NCBI GenBank assembly: GCA_965235115.1
Contig: OZ249436.1
Coordinates: 36,458,001-36,522,000 of the forward strand
Length of the DNA: 64,000 bases
From: Laetmonice hystrix
Lineage: Eukaryota
Reading direction: 5' to 3'
Part shown: positions 29,001-41,691 of the stretch, in pieces
Layout of the letters: each line of letters begins with the position of its first letter
Position numbering within the stretch: the first letter of the stretch is position 1
Notes under the pieces: model-generated
Told to the model about the DNA's origin: nothing
Databases searched by the model: none
The model's input: only the letters and a program-made list of their open reading frames with translations
Program-made: the position numbers and the translations under genes

Positions 29001-30285
29001 ATGGCGATAGGGTGGGGTGGTGTTGGCTACCACGGCACAGCGCACGGCCCGCTCGAGGGAACAAGTCTGGCAGATGTATTCCGTCGTCTGCTGCCAGCAT
29101 CGAGGGGGGCCCGACAGGGTTGTTGGCGTCAAGCGCGCCTGTACCTCAGGGATTGCACCCTGCAAGCTGAATTAATCGCCGATTGCCTTTACGACGTTAG
29201 CGCCCGGGGTTAATTGTACATTGAGAGACTGGCAAGGACATGTGATAATCGCGCTCTAATTGATCAGATCTGGAGAAGTCTTCATTTTGTGGCGGCGTCG
29301 ACCATGATGTGGGGTGACTTGCTCTGCTGATGATGAGAGGCGCTGTATGGCCGCGACATGTCCACAGTTAAAGTCATGCTGAGGGCTGCCGTGCACCTGC
29401 ATATGTCAGCTGCAGACATGTGTGAATGAGGCAGGAGTTACGGACGCACGCCACATAGAAAATAGGTGTCGATTAATTATCGGCCCACTGTGTATCATTA
29501 GCACCGGAGGCTCCACACATAATTACCGGATTTGAGCCACGAAGTTTCTAAGCCCTTACAATGACAGACTTACAAACCATCAGGTAATAACAGTGAGAGA
29601 TCTAGCCTACGTATAGTAAGCCTCAGCCAGTGAGGCTCACGACCACTCAGTGTTAAAAATTTGTATGTCAGTGGCAGCGCAAATTCATGTACCGATCAAC
29701 TCACCGGCATCCTTTATCGGGGGCAACGTCTTCTTTTAGTTGTTTGACAAGACTAGTATTTTAAGGATAAAACATCAAATTCCGAAGTGCCGTACCGCTG
29801 CGGCTTCCGTGGCCTGTTTAACATAGCGGACGCGTCTGTTAGGCAGGGTACCAGGCTACTCCCTGACCCGGGAGGTCAAAATGGCCGCGATAGGCAGAGA
29901 GCGAAATTCGTCGATTCCAGACTTTGTGCTGCCCTTATTATGTCTCGTCGTGCTTTCCAAACTTGGAAATAAGTGAGATAAGTTACTTTAAGCGTGTTTA
30001 TTAATATTCAGTCCAGATATATGGGCAGGGGAGGGGTTTTCATGGTGGTTGGATGGTTTGACCGAACACACCAGGAACTTGCACTACGGGGCGTCCGTCT
30101 CTGTATACGGTAGTACAGAGACGGATACTCTGTCTATGAGAGATCTATATGTGAGAGGGCTTTCAAAGAATACTGACCATGCGCTAAAGTGTTACTTGAC
30201 CTTTACTATAGGCTAATAGGCAATGTGGACAAATTTTGTTTGTTGTACCATTGATGAAACGGTATTTTCTCTTCCTGTGTTATAG

Positions 30286-30858
30286 GTGTGGTTCCAGAAC
30301 CGGCGAGCCAAATGGAGAAAGAGAGAGAAAGCCATGGGTCGGGAGAGTCCATGCTTCATGCCGGGAGAGCAGCACCAGATGCTCCCTGAACTGCCGCCAA
30401 TGCTGAACCCGTTACCCATGGCCACAGGTCCCGACCCTTTGATGGCCGCCCGCATGGGCAATTTCCAAGGTATCAACCCACTTGTGGCGTTCCAACAAGG
30501 CGGCATCACCAGCCTAGCCGCTCACTATCTACAAAACAAGACGGCGTTTGGCGGACTTTTCGCTGGTTACATGTTTCCCCATCCGGGGGCGCCACTGGTT
30601 CCGCACGGTTTTCCCGGCATGCCTCCAACCAGTTCCACTTCCTGCATGTCTCCGCCCACACCCGAGAGTATAATGGCGTCTCGCGTCTTCTCGCACGGAC
30701 ACACCGACCATACACGTGCACACATGCATGAATCCGTCGACATGCGAAAGTCGAGCATTGACGCTTTGAGAATGAAAGCTCGTGAACATTCCGTATCTCT
30801 GGAGAGTGGACTTGGCAATTCGCAATGTTCTTCAAGAGATTCTCCCGTTAAATCCTAA
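30286..30858 (+). CDS. hbn: homeobrain, coding exon 3 (homeodomain helix 3 with Q50, Pro-rich region, OAR motif)
   Basis: Acceptor tttctcttcctgtgttatag; encodes VWFQNRRAKWRKREK and the OAR motif MRKSSIDALRMKAREH; TAA ends at 30858; joined CDS is 1266 nt = 421 aa. Confidence 0.93.
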   Translation: MWFQNRRAKWRKREKAMGRESPCFMPGEQHQMLPELPPMLNPLPMATGPDPLMAARMGNFQGINPLVAFQQGGITSLAAHYLQNKTAFGGLFAGYMFPHPGAPLVPHGFPGMPPTSSTSCMSPPTPESIMASRVFSHGHTDHTRAHMHESVDMRKSSIDALRMKAREHSVSLESGLGNSQCSSRDSPVKS

Positions 30859-31355
30859 CAAGCAAAATGAAGCGGCAACTTTCACACCCAAAAACAAAGT
30901 TGTTTTTATGAGCTTTCCATCTGCTATCGTCAATCTATATATAGTGCTGGTCATTTGTAAATTATATCGTCTGCTTATCATAATGGAATGCCATAGATCT
31001 ACCCGTTGATTGTCGTCTGTGTTCAGTGGGTGAATAAAAGTTTGGTAAACCTGTCCAATCGTAGCCAGATAATGTAGGCCTATATTTCCGGAAACAACGA
31101 CGTAGGCGGTCTATCCATGTCCCTGAACCCTGCGCATTGTACTTAGCCTACTCTAACCATGCACTAGAGATCTCAATGTAAAGATGAAGTCTGCACGTGT
31201 GTGTGTTTTATCCCTCGATAGATGACTATACCGGTATCACAATGTTGTTGCTATCGAAGAATGGACAATGGTTAGGCCTAAGTTGAGTTGAAGGACTAAT
31301 TCAGGGTGAAGAGCTAGTCTCTATAAAGACATATATCTCTATATATTTATGTACA

Positions 31356-31361
31356 AATAAA
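31356..31361 (+). terminator. Likely hbn polyadenylation signal (alternative AATAAA at 31033-31038)
   Basis: AATAAA about 500 nt after the stop, followed by T-rich sequence and (CTT)n. Confidence 0.5.
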
Positions 31362-31393
31362 AAATATGAAGCTTATACCGTAAGAGTTTTCAT

Positions 31394-31430
31394 TCTTCTT
31401 CTTCTTCTTCTTCTTCTTCTTCTTCTTCTT
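31394..31430. repeat. (CTT)n microsatellite
   Basis: About 12 CTT units. Confidence 0.9.
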
Positions 31431-31470
31431 GTTTAACAGTCAGAAATCCAGTTGATATAATGGCAAGTAT

Positions 31471-31541
31471 CAGGGGCGTAGACAGGATTTTCTGAGGGGG
31501 GGGGGAGCAAGGCCCCCTTCGGCCCCCTGGCTACACCTCTG
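31471..31541. mobile_element. Tiny MITE with CAGGGGCGTAG-type ends and 5-bp TSD
   Basis: caggggcgtag...ctacacctctg flanked by AGTAT on both sides. Confidence 0.7.
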
Positions 31542-31556
31542 AGTATGGCCTTTAAA

Positions 31557-31954
31557 TAGGGCGGGCATAAAGAATTGTCGAATTTTTACGTTAAAATTTC
31601 AGAAAGCCTAGGTCACAAGCTTCTAAGAAGTTACATGGGTAAACATCTTAATAATCTTAGGATGTGTTGAAATTTTAAACTTGATATCTCAAAATACTAA
31701 AGTGAAAAGAATGTCCAGTTGATCACCTGGAACACCAGGTATAGGACGTTATTACAACTATAAGCAATTTTTTAAGACAATTTTAATTTTGGTCCCATGT
31801 AAGGATGATATCTCTCTTTGATATATCAACCTGAAAATGATGTTCGGAAAGCCGAGGTGTTTACTTTTGTAAATTTTCAGTTCTAAGCTTATGACATAGG
31901 GTTTTGGGAAATATTGAACGTCACAGTTCGACAAGTTTATTTTATGCCCACCTG
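31557..31954. mobile_element. Degenerate MITE with ~70-bp imperfect TIRs (Tc1/mariner-like ends)
   Basis: gggcataaa..ttgtcgaa..acgtt..gtcacaagctt at left is mirrored by aagcttatgac..aacgt..ttcgacaa..tttatgccc at right. Confidence 0.55.
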
Positions 31955-34617
31955 ATATATCCCGCCGTCACCTGTTTTCGTCGTTCTCCTGATTCCGTCG
32001 GTCACGTGATTTTTGAAGACTTCCGGTGCACGCGAGCGTTTCGAGATTGTAAACAATGCCAATTTGACAGCTCCATACCTGCTTGCTCTTGAAATTTTTT
32101 TTCCAAATGGAGATTACTTTTGACCAGATGCCTAAAATGAGCTTAAAACATAATTATTGACGCCTTTGGAGCGAGTACTACCTACTACCCGCCGTCTGCT
32201 TAGACAGGCACGTACCCAGGATTGTGCTTAGAGGGGGGTTCCATCAGGACGAGAGGGCTGCCCGGGGGCTACCTGTGTTTTTGCACCAGTCGACCTGGGG
32301 ACCGGAGGGTTCGGGGGGGGGGGGGGTCCGGAACCCCTGGAACCCCCCCCCCCCCTGCCTAACATACGCATGATCCGTTTCCGCGGAAAAAAAATCTACG
32401 GAAGCCACCGTATATCAGTGATTAACGACCGCCGACGAAAACTGGTGACGTAGTACACACGAAACAGCGAGTAAGCGACCGCCATTGTTGTTGACATTTA
32501 TGACCGCTGTATTTACTTCAAGTGTATCGATCTTTTGTACAGTTATGTCAGTTTGGATGCTAATTATACCAGGTATAATCAGCATATATCAGCAGATATG
32601 TTGGTCTTGTGAATATGTTTACTATTGTCCCCAAATGGTAAAAGTTGTTCTTACGTCGACGAAAACTGGTGACGCCGGGATAGGGATAGGCCTGGCCTAC
32701 ATGTCACTATCAAACAATATTTCAAAAGTGTCCCGTATCATGCATAGAGCTAGGCCTACGTCAGCGTGAGAATAGAGTAACTTTAGAAATTTAGCGTAGG
32801 CCTACATACATAGATCCCGGGATCCTCGTTCAGAACTAGATGTAGGCTGTAGTTTCCATCCAAGTATAGGCTACCGCAAAGGGAAGAAAATAATTGGTTA
32901 AATTCCAATTTGCGCAAGCATGAAATAGGCAGATCTATGCAATTCAGACGTTCGCTTGTCTTGCTACGACGAGAAAACATTTCAACGATGAAGACTGAAC
33001 CATGAATTAGGAGTCTAGCCGCCAGTTGAATCTAGTTACAACATGTAGGCCTATAGCGAAACTCCTCATAACAAACACATCAATTCGGAAACTCCCCATA
33101 ACAACGCTTCAATAGGCCTAGATAGGCCTAGGCCCTAAGTTATTTCTTCGGTTCGGAACGTTTTGACCGCGGACCGGATGTGACACCAATACTAATGGAG
33201 ATCTCTTTTTTTGGAATGGCGCGTGATAGAAAGGGAGCTAAATTATGCCTGTTTATGATGTTTGTTTCAGCGACCTCTTAAATTAGGGAATCGACAATTC
33301 TGCAATGTCCTGAGAGGTTAATTTAACGAGCCCGCAACTTTGACTACCGGGATTTTGGTCCAGACGGGCGGCCCGTGCGCGTTTACGCCACCTGGCGGGA
33401 GAACAATGTACTACTGTCAATGAAGTGACAAAATATTAGAACGCGTCTCGTAATTCGGTCAAATAAACCATTATTATGCGTCTCTTTGACTCAGAATACA
33501 ACAGCTAGCATCCCCGGCTTCATTGAAAATTAGCTGTTTGCCATAGTTGACGCGAATAGTGCCGCATTCATGAAAATGGGCCTCGTTTCATGTTGTGAGA
33601 CGTCACCCTGTGCAGTTACAGGGGCGACCCCTAGCGTCAACCGTCCGTATGAGTGAATTCTGTGAGAAGTATATGGAAGTTGTCCTTTGTGGCGAGTAGG
33701 CCTAAATGACATTAGGGAAGAGGTTAAAAGAGATTCCTCTCCTTTTCATGTGACCAATTAATACGAAAATTAAAGATAATAAAAAATAGGCTGCTGGATA
33801 CTGAGCCGTGGCGTTTTGAAGAAGTAATTTAGGATAGCTAAGCCAGGCAGAAACGAGTTCTTGTGCAGTCGTGATTAGACTTGATGAGAAGTCACAAAAT
33901 ACATTTTTCAAAATTGTCAAAGAAAAACAATAAATTGAACTCATGATGTTGTGCATATTATGTTTTATTTAAAACTACACTACAAAATAATTTTAGTAAA
34001 ATGTAATCATACAATCAAGAAAGGAAGACCAAAAGCCGGTCTATAGGCTCTATTAGCCTGGGTCTGGGATGTAGCCACTGTACAACTGAATAAAAAACTA
34101 TTCCAAAATTCACCCGATTGTCGACGTATGCTGCTCACACCAATGCTGCGTCTGATGTAAAAACTAATCTGCTGTGCCAATAAGATTTTAAAATATCTAA
34201 ACGCAATTTTGTTGCATTTCCTACATCGATCTAGGGCCTATATGTTTCAGAGGACAGAGTAGGCCTAGATTGCAACGCGACTTGGCTCCGCTTCCCCCAG
34301 ATGACAGTACCTACTATAGTGTAGGCTGGAGGCAGCTCCACTGTATACTATAGTGTAGATTAAAAACACACGGCCTACTCGTTGCGCATGCGGCCCTCTG
34401 GCGGAAGATAATTGCATAACTTTTTATTATTTTTTGTTAATTATAACTGAATGCGTTATTTCTAAAACGGAGCTGTGTAAAGGAGATTCGAATATATGCG
34501 AGAAAGTAGTTCGGGAGGAAAGGAGTATGACCAAAGCCTGGCCCAGCTGCTCGGCCATGCATAGAGTTCCATACTTTCCCGCGGTGAAGGAGACGAATCT
34601 CGTTAAAAGTTTATTTT

Positions 34618-34794
34618 TAAGCTGGTACCCGGCTCACTCGCTAGGTGGCTCGGGGGGGGGGGGGTCGACGCGAGTCTGACTGGTTCCCTGTTCAACTCCT
34701 ATCTCTCCGAGGACGGGAGGAGTTAGTAGGGGACCAGTCAGGACGCGAGTCGACCCCCCAGAGCCACCTAGCGAGTGAGCCGAGTACCAGCTTA
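34618..34794. mobile_element. Fold-back MITE (near-perfect hairpin)
   Basis: taagctggtacccggctcactcgctaggtggctc.. / ..gagccacctagcgagtgagccgagtaccagctta; inner arms also pair. Confidence 0.8.
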
Positions 34795-37700
34795 GTTTAT
34801 TCTACGCGCTTGTATTATTTCTAATTTAAGGAAAATAACCAACAGTAAACCAGAATTGGCACCCCACTGAATGGGAAATAGAATGCGCATCTCATGGCCT
34901 ATAATAAAATAAAAGACACATCGGAAAATTATAGCCAGATAGATTCGATGTTTTTAGTCAGAATTCTAGATAAAGTTACACATTGAATGCATTTTCTTAG
35001 ACACATTCCCATCAACATGCTTTATGCCAGAACCCTCACATTTACCCAGTGATTAACCCTACTAGCACACTTGCTCTATCTATTCACGGACTTCGATCAT
35101 ATATTTGAACAAGTACGTGTAACTATTCTTCCTTGAAAAGAACCTCAAATAACGTTTTGAAATATATTCAATATACTAATAATATGTAAAGATACCCAAT
35201 TCTGTTGTGCTGACTTTAAAGAAAGATGACATAAAAGTATGAAATAAGAACCTTTATTTCTCATAATCATACATCGTGTTAGTAAACGTATCGAAAGTCC
35301 TCTCTTACCGAGTACATGTAACCTTTAATTTGACAAATATGACATACAAAAATATATATGTGTGCCAAACCGCAAAAAGGTCCGTACGAAAACTGTATAT
35401 ACAAATACCAGGGCATCATACATGATTTCAATCTCGTTACAAAATTCGATCATAGCTTGGGGTCCGTCCAATTTAGACACGTCTTCCCTTACCAGAAATT
35501 CTTGTCAAGTCTTTGGTCTGTATGTCGACATACATGAATGCTGCTGCTGTCTATCACTCAGTCACATCGTCAATATATACACACACTTAAGCACTTTCTA
35601 TTTGATGGCAATATTCCATCAAGTAACAAGAATCAGGGAATGATTTATTTCATTGGTAAACAGAAGAATGACAAAAGAATCGGAATGAGACAATAAAATC
35701 TTGGAATGTGAGCGTCACTTTCCGTATAGTTGAACGTGCTGACAAAATCAACATGAACGCTATAATCAAAAAACACAAATCTATAAACTAGGGCTACCCC
35801 TACAACAGTTACTGTCAACGTTAATAGAAACAAGACATAAAGTGCAATAAATCATCTAGTGTGAAAAAAAAGATCGCAGTCTATGAATGTTTTCAGAACA
35901 TAATGCAGTATATATAATGGAATGTTAAACACTTTTTTCACATATTATGCAAAAAAAAAAGGAAAAACTTACACAAAGAAAACACCACGTGTCATTAAAT
36001 TAGGCTGTCACCTCCTGGCCAGTCTGGAAAGCCAAGTTGGCCTACTGATGGCAGTACAATGTTCTGCTCGCAGCATTCCCTCGATTGCACCACCACCTCA
36101 TTTCTAGCCATCTACGTCAATATAACAAATTTACAAGATGCCCCTTTACCTTTTAGAAATCACCAAAACGGTAGTGTCATAACAATACAAAAAAAATCGA
36201 AACCTGACTCACCATCCTAAGATCATTTTTACATATTATCTCGTTTTTAAAATTAATAAATGACCTCAAACAAATCCATAGTTTTCTGAATAAAAGCTTA
36301 ACAATGTGTGCATCTACAATTTAGAAATACAAACAGAAGTTTTCTTTCTATTTTTTTGAACCATAACGTTCCTTCAATGTAAAGTTTGAAGGAACAACCA
36401 CACTCTTGAGCATGCATGTACAGTGTACAGTGTTACATCTATAGAGTATAGTACAGTCTACTGGTACGTACACTAAACTGCCTCTTCAAGCCTAAATTAC
36501 GGTGTCAGCCCTTTGCTTATGTTACGGCGACAAAATGCTTACTACACATCCAAGGCAACGACAGGAGTGTGCACAATCTGTAGACTATAATTCGATGTGG
36601 CACGTTTACTTTTGCAACTTCTATCTTCCTAATAAATTCAGCATCACTGACTAAACCCTCAATTCAGCATCACGTAAACTGTTAAGGCGACATCAACTCA
36701 CGGGTTTTAGGCACTTATTTCATACCTGTAAGTTTCAGGTTCAAAGTTTTTCTGAATCTTTTAAGATCTTCCAGATCTACCGGGTTTTATGGTATCTATC
36801 AGGCATGACAGAAAACCAATTAACGGAAAAGTAAAACATTATAAACTCTTGATAACCTGTTACGAGGCTACCAATACATCAATGTCGAGGTTTTTAACTC
36901 TTCCCTTTTTAACATGAAAGCCTGTATATATTCACCATGTCTGATTGTTCTAATACCATGTACGGCAAATGTCATCTTAGAAACGGCAAGGAAATTCAAA
37001 TAGTAAATCTGATATTTAATCTAGGTCAGGATTCTCTACCTATTTATTACTACCAAGGCACAATTAACAAACGGTATCAGTACTTATGTCATCAGGTCAC
37101 TGGTCAAGGCTCCTAATTTCACTTCACAACCACATGTCGTTTTTAAACAGACAGAAAACGCTTCAGAAAAATATTTCAGAGAAAAATAGATACAATATAT
37201 ATATATCAATATATAATACTTGGAAACGGAATGTTATGTATCACGGTGTAGAAAGATCAGTCTACAGAGTAAACCTTATTATAAAGCACTTTCATACTGT
37301 GAATGTGTCGGTTAAAGTATGGGTCCATCATATTCACTGTAACCATCACAACAGGTGCTGAGCTACCCATCTTTGCAATATTCCTTACAAGAGAAAATCT
37401 CAGAATGAAAGTCAGATGAGGTCAGACTGGCCCTTGCAATAGCATTTTAGAACCACCATTCTCATCAAACCAACGTCCCTGTCGTGCATAAGTTGGAATT
37501 GTCTCCCATTACAAATCTGTGAATGTTGTAAAAGTTAATAGGTTCGACGAAAGAAGTACTGCTTGAATGAGTTGCCATTATCCTATAGTACACATACATT
37601 CACTTCATCCATCATCTGTTAGTGATGCACATTTTTGTCTCTTTAGGGGGTTCTCTCTTTCGAACATCCCGTTTTTCAACAGCTGAATTAATATTTCAAA

Positions 37701-38045
37701 TATGAGTTTTTCAAACACTTTTACGTTGGATCAAAAAACGTGTTGTAAAGGCGACATTTTGGGCATATGTTTCATAGCAATAAAGTGCAAAATCTACAGA
37801 TTACATCTTCAACTCTAAAAACTTAACTAATACCACTGCCTTCAACATCTGATGACCAGTCTAATGCCATATCTCTTCATTTTAAATAACGGCAAAACAT
37901 GAATGGTCATTTCTCTGAGGAACACAAGTGGTGCAGCTATTGCTATGTACTGATGGAGAAAAAAATCTCTCTCTTCATCCCAGCTACCTTAAGGGAGTAT
38001 AGTGTACCTCAACTCGTTGTGTGCAGGCAGACATTATGGCGGGAG

Positions 38046-38846
38046 TCACTCAAACAGATGACTGACCACAGCGGAGGAGATGTTACTAATACTAACACCG
38101 TGGTCCTTGGTCATATGCTGCTGGTACTCGTTGAGTCTGTTGAAACCACGGCTACATTCCACACAGCGATACCGGTACTGACCCGTGTGCACGGATACAT
38201 GCTCCTTGAGGCTGCGTTTCGACATGAGTACTTTGTCGCAGAACTCGCACTTGTAGCCCCCGGGCCCCTGGTGTATGACGGTCATGTGCTCCTGGTAGTC
38301 GCTGCGGTCTCGGTAACGGTTGTGGCAGATCTCGCAAGTGTAACCCGATTTGTTCATGTGCGTATAGTGGATGTGGCGACGACAGTTCCACTTGTTGGAA
38401 TACACCTTGTCGCAGAGTTTACACTTGTAACCCATGGTTTTCTCTCCTCCTTGGAATCTCTCGATGAACTCTTCAGGTTTCTTGAAGTCATCATCATCGC
38501 TGTCGACGGTGAAGATCTCGATGCTGTCTTGGTTGCCGTTTTCAATAGAATAGCTGTAGAAGCCGTCCATGCTGTTCTCAATGCTGTGGTTATTCTCCTT
38601 GCTCTCTCCTAGGTCCGTGTTCTCTTTGTCCGGACATGAACTGGCTCCGTCACTGTCTGATGATGGAAGACTCTTCTTCTCCAGGCTGATCCTGCTGGCT
38701 TTGTTAGAAGGTTTGGGTGTGTCCTTAGTCGGCTTCTCCTGCAGAGAATCCCTCTTCATCTTTCCGGTGATGCTGTAAAGAGGGACCTTGAGAACCGGGC
38801 GATTTTTTATCTTCTCATCGTCCTCTGTGTCAGCATTCTTCTCATC
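38046..38846 (-). CDS. Alternative terminal exon B of the zinc-finger gene: four C2H2 fingers
   Basis: Acceptor tttttatatgtttcag in phase 0; fingers CKLC..HIHYTH, CEIC..HMTVIH, CEFC..HVSVH and CVEC..HMTKDH; stop at 38046; AT-rich 3' UTR with minus-strand AATAAA at 35253-35258. Confidence 0.88.
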   Translation of the reverse strand, partial: DEKNADTEDDEKIKNRPVLKVPLYSITGKMKRDSLQEKPTKDTPKPSNKASRISLEKKSLPSSDSDGASSCPDKENTDLGESKENNHSIENSMDGFYSYSIENGNQDSIEIFTVDSDDDDFKKPEEFIERFQGGEKTMGYKCKLCDKVYSNKWNCRRHIHYTHMNKSGYTCEICHNRYRDRSDYQEHMTVIHQGPGGYKCEFCDKVLMSKRSLKEHVSVHTGQYRYRCVECSRGFNRLNEYQQHMTKDHGVSISNISSAVVSHLFE

Positions 38847-39637
38847 CTGAAACATATAAAAATCAGGGTAGGATTCTTTAGATACTAATGATTGACAATC
38901 TCCCGCTTTCCTTCTGGCTTTCTGTTTTCTTCCGTTGCTTAATAATTCAAAGCTCTAATTAATTATATTGCCATGAATTTGAGGATTACTCTTAATACCA
39001 GTTCATTCCAGCCACTGCATTAATTAGCTTTAGACTACCAATGCATATGACATGAACTTAGTTGCTGCATACCTTTACATATTGAAGTATCGTATGGAAG
39101 CAACACCTAATAGTCGACAACTTACGTCACAGTGCCTCCTTTGGTATTGAAACGGTGTTTTGGTATTTGGCAGAGATTTATCATACATTGTCACCAAGTC
39201 AGGAAGTGCAACGGCTAAATATTCTAAAACCCTTTTTTTCTTTCTGCCCATTTCGCCCCATCCAATAACAAAAATGGGGTCCCTATTCTTCAAAATGACA
39301 GTTTTATCAGAATGCATTGATCAACAGTTCCTTCATAATTATCCTAATTGGATACATTTAGAGTGTGTAGTTTAAAATACTTCAAAATCATATGATATCA
39401 CCAAGTGAAAAACCTAAGAAAAATGTACCTCCATAGCCATATAGGTCTTACTCAAATTGGAGAAAAATATAGTTTGATATTTTTATTATCACTGTAAGAA
39501 CACTTATCAGTATAAACCAGTGCAATATTTTCCATCGTTCGTTTAATTTACCAGCAATACAGAGATCCCACACTAATTCACTGTAATTCATAGCTATTTC
39601 TATACTTTCTATCCTGAAATTTAAGGGCGCTGAAACT

Positions 39638-39856
39638 CAGGGCTTGACATTAGTCCTGGCCCAATGGCCCAAAATGTTTTTTTTCAACTTCATGGGCCAC
39701 TACGTTTGACAAAACACTGGCTGGATCAGGCCAGTAAGAAACCCAACCATTGGTTAATGTCTTTGATATTCCCGCAATTGTTGAGCCAGGGCCAGTAACT
39801 TTCCCTGTCTACTGGCCCTGTACCTGGTACTTGAAACTGTTTAATGTCAAGCCTTG
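39638..39856. mobile_element. MITE with CAGGGCTTGACATTA termini
   Basis: cagggcttgacatta ... taatgtcaagccttg; no clear TSD. Confidence 0.6.
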
Positions 39857-41101
39857 GGACTCTATATATAAATTCAGAGGCAGCCACAGTCCTGACAACT
39901 TGGTGCGTTCAACTATTTCTATGGTACAATTCACACAATTTGTTTCCTGCACACTGTGTAACATTACCTGTAGTGTCAGCATTGATCTAAAATTATCCAC
40001 TATTATAAAACCGTAGACTATTATCTGATTGAAACTTGTGTATCATTCCCACAGTAGTCACACCAAGTGCCATGCAAGTGTCGACACAAGCAATTAGCGC
40101 CCCCTACAGATAAAATCACTTGGCCTAAGATACTCAGCTCTTTGCAACTGACGATTGGTGTACATGTACATGAAGATAGCTATTTCTGTAGAAATAAATA
40201 AATCCCTGATTATAATATAATATCTCTACCTGCTACCTTGGCTGGTAGGTCTTACTGATTGCAATGATTATGGGAGACCTACGTGCTACAAACTGTGGTG
40301 CCTTTTGGAGGTCAGAGTTTCTCACCCCCACCCACCTCAATTGCTCAAAGCTGCCTTGGATTTCAATATAAAACCGAAGACCTACCTATTGGAATTGGTA
40401 AAATCTGCAGAACTGGTAAACAAATTACGCCAATGGACCAGATGGGCGGCTCATCACATTAACACTGCCCCCTCATAAAATACAAGCTTCTCAACAGAAA
40501 CACAGTCCATCACAGACCGTCCATCACACATAGGGACTCAAATGTACGGTACCAATCGACTGAACCTAAGACACGGTAGCTCATGTTCTTGTTAGATTGT
40601 AACAGTAAAATGCTATCAGGGAATCCATCTAAAGCTCTGGGATCATCCAAGATATATTGTAGGAAATGTACCACTAGTTTAACATTTGTGGGGCATCACA
40701 ATGCAAAAATCAGCCACACAGGGTACACCACTGACCATCACCAGTTACGAGACCCACCTTTGCTACTGCCAAAGTCTTTTATAATATAAGTTATGATTTA
40801 AATCTAGTTAAAGGCTATCTGCAAGTTGATTATCTATTTGTCATGTAGAGAGGCACCTTTTCGATGAGTCCTACACATGTCAGAACATTGAAACCTTAGG
40901 ACTGTTACGAAGTCGGCAAGGCATCTCCTTGGCGGCTTTATTCAGTGCTGCCCTCATGTGCTGAACTTGAAAAGTTAAACTTAAAAATAGCGCCCCAAAC
41001 TGAACATAGATGGCAGCACCAGAGTAGTACCCTTTCATTTATCAGGTCTATCTCTTGCCACTACACTGACAAAATTTGGCCATCTGACATGCGATAACAT
41101 A

Positions 41102-41691
41102 CCGGTGTAATGATTTCAAGTTCCCCCCCTCATTCAAGTCCCCCCCCCCCCGGGAACTTAAAAACGTTTTCAAATTCCTCCCCCGGGAACTTGAAAACCT
41201 TTTCAAATTCCCTCCCGCGATTTAACTTTCCCTCCCCCAGGGACTTAAAAACGTTTTACGTTTATAAATAAAATATAGGCCTACCTTATTATTTTTCGAC
41301 TAATTTTAAATGTTGATCCTTTTTGCCCTTCTTACTTCACCACATCTAGGGGGTAGGTCCTAGGCCTAGATATCTTTTGCCAGCTTGTTTCTCTCCATTC
41401 ATTTTACTGACCGTTCATTTTCACCCTAACCTAACCCTAACCCTAGCCCTAGCCCTAACCCTTTCCCAAGGGAATGCGTATTAACGTTTTTCACGTTCTC
41501 GTGGGGGAAATTGAAAACATTTTTAGAATCCTAGGGGGGAATTTGAAAATGGGGGGATGAATCTGAAAACGATTTTCAAATTCCTCCCCGGGAATTTGAA
41601 AACGATTTCAAATTCCTGGGAGGAAATTTGAAAACGTTTTCAAATTCCCGGGGGCGAATTCAGGAGGGGGAATTTCAAAACGTTACACCGG
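41102..41691. mobile_element. Non-autonomous DNA element with CCGGTGTAA termini, subterminal repeats and an internal (CCCTAA)n tract
   Basis: ccggtgtaa / ttacaccgg; repeated ttttcaaattcc and gggaa(c/t)ttgaaaac motifs in both arms; cctaaccctaaccctagccctagccctaaccc at about 41424-41462. Confidence 0.7.

Noticed and set aside
37899..38612. 237-aa plus-strand ORF
   Set aside because: Antisense shadow of zinc-finger exon B
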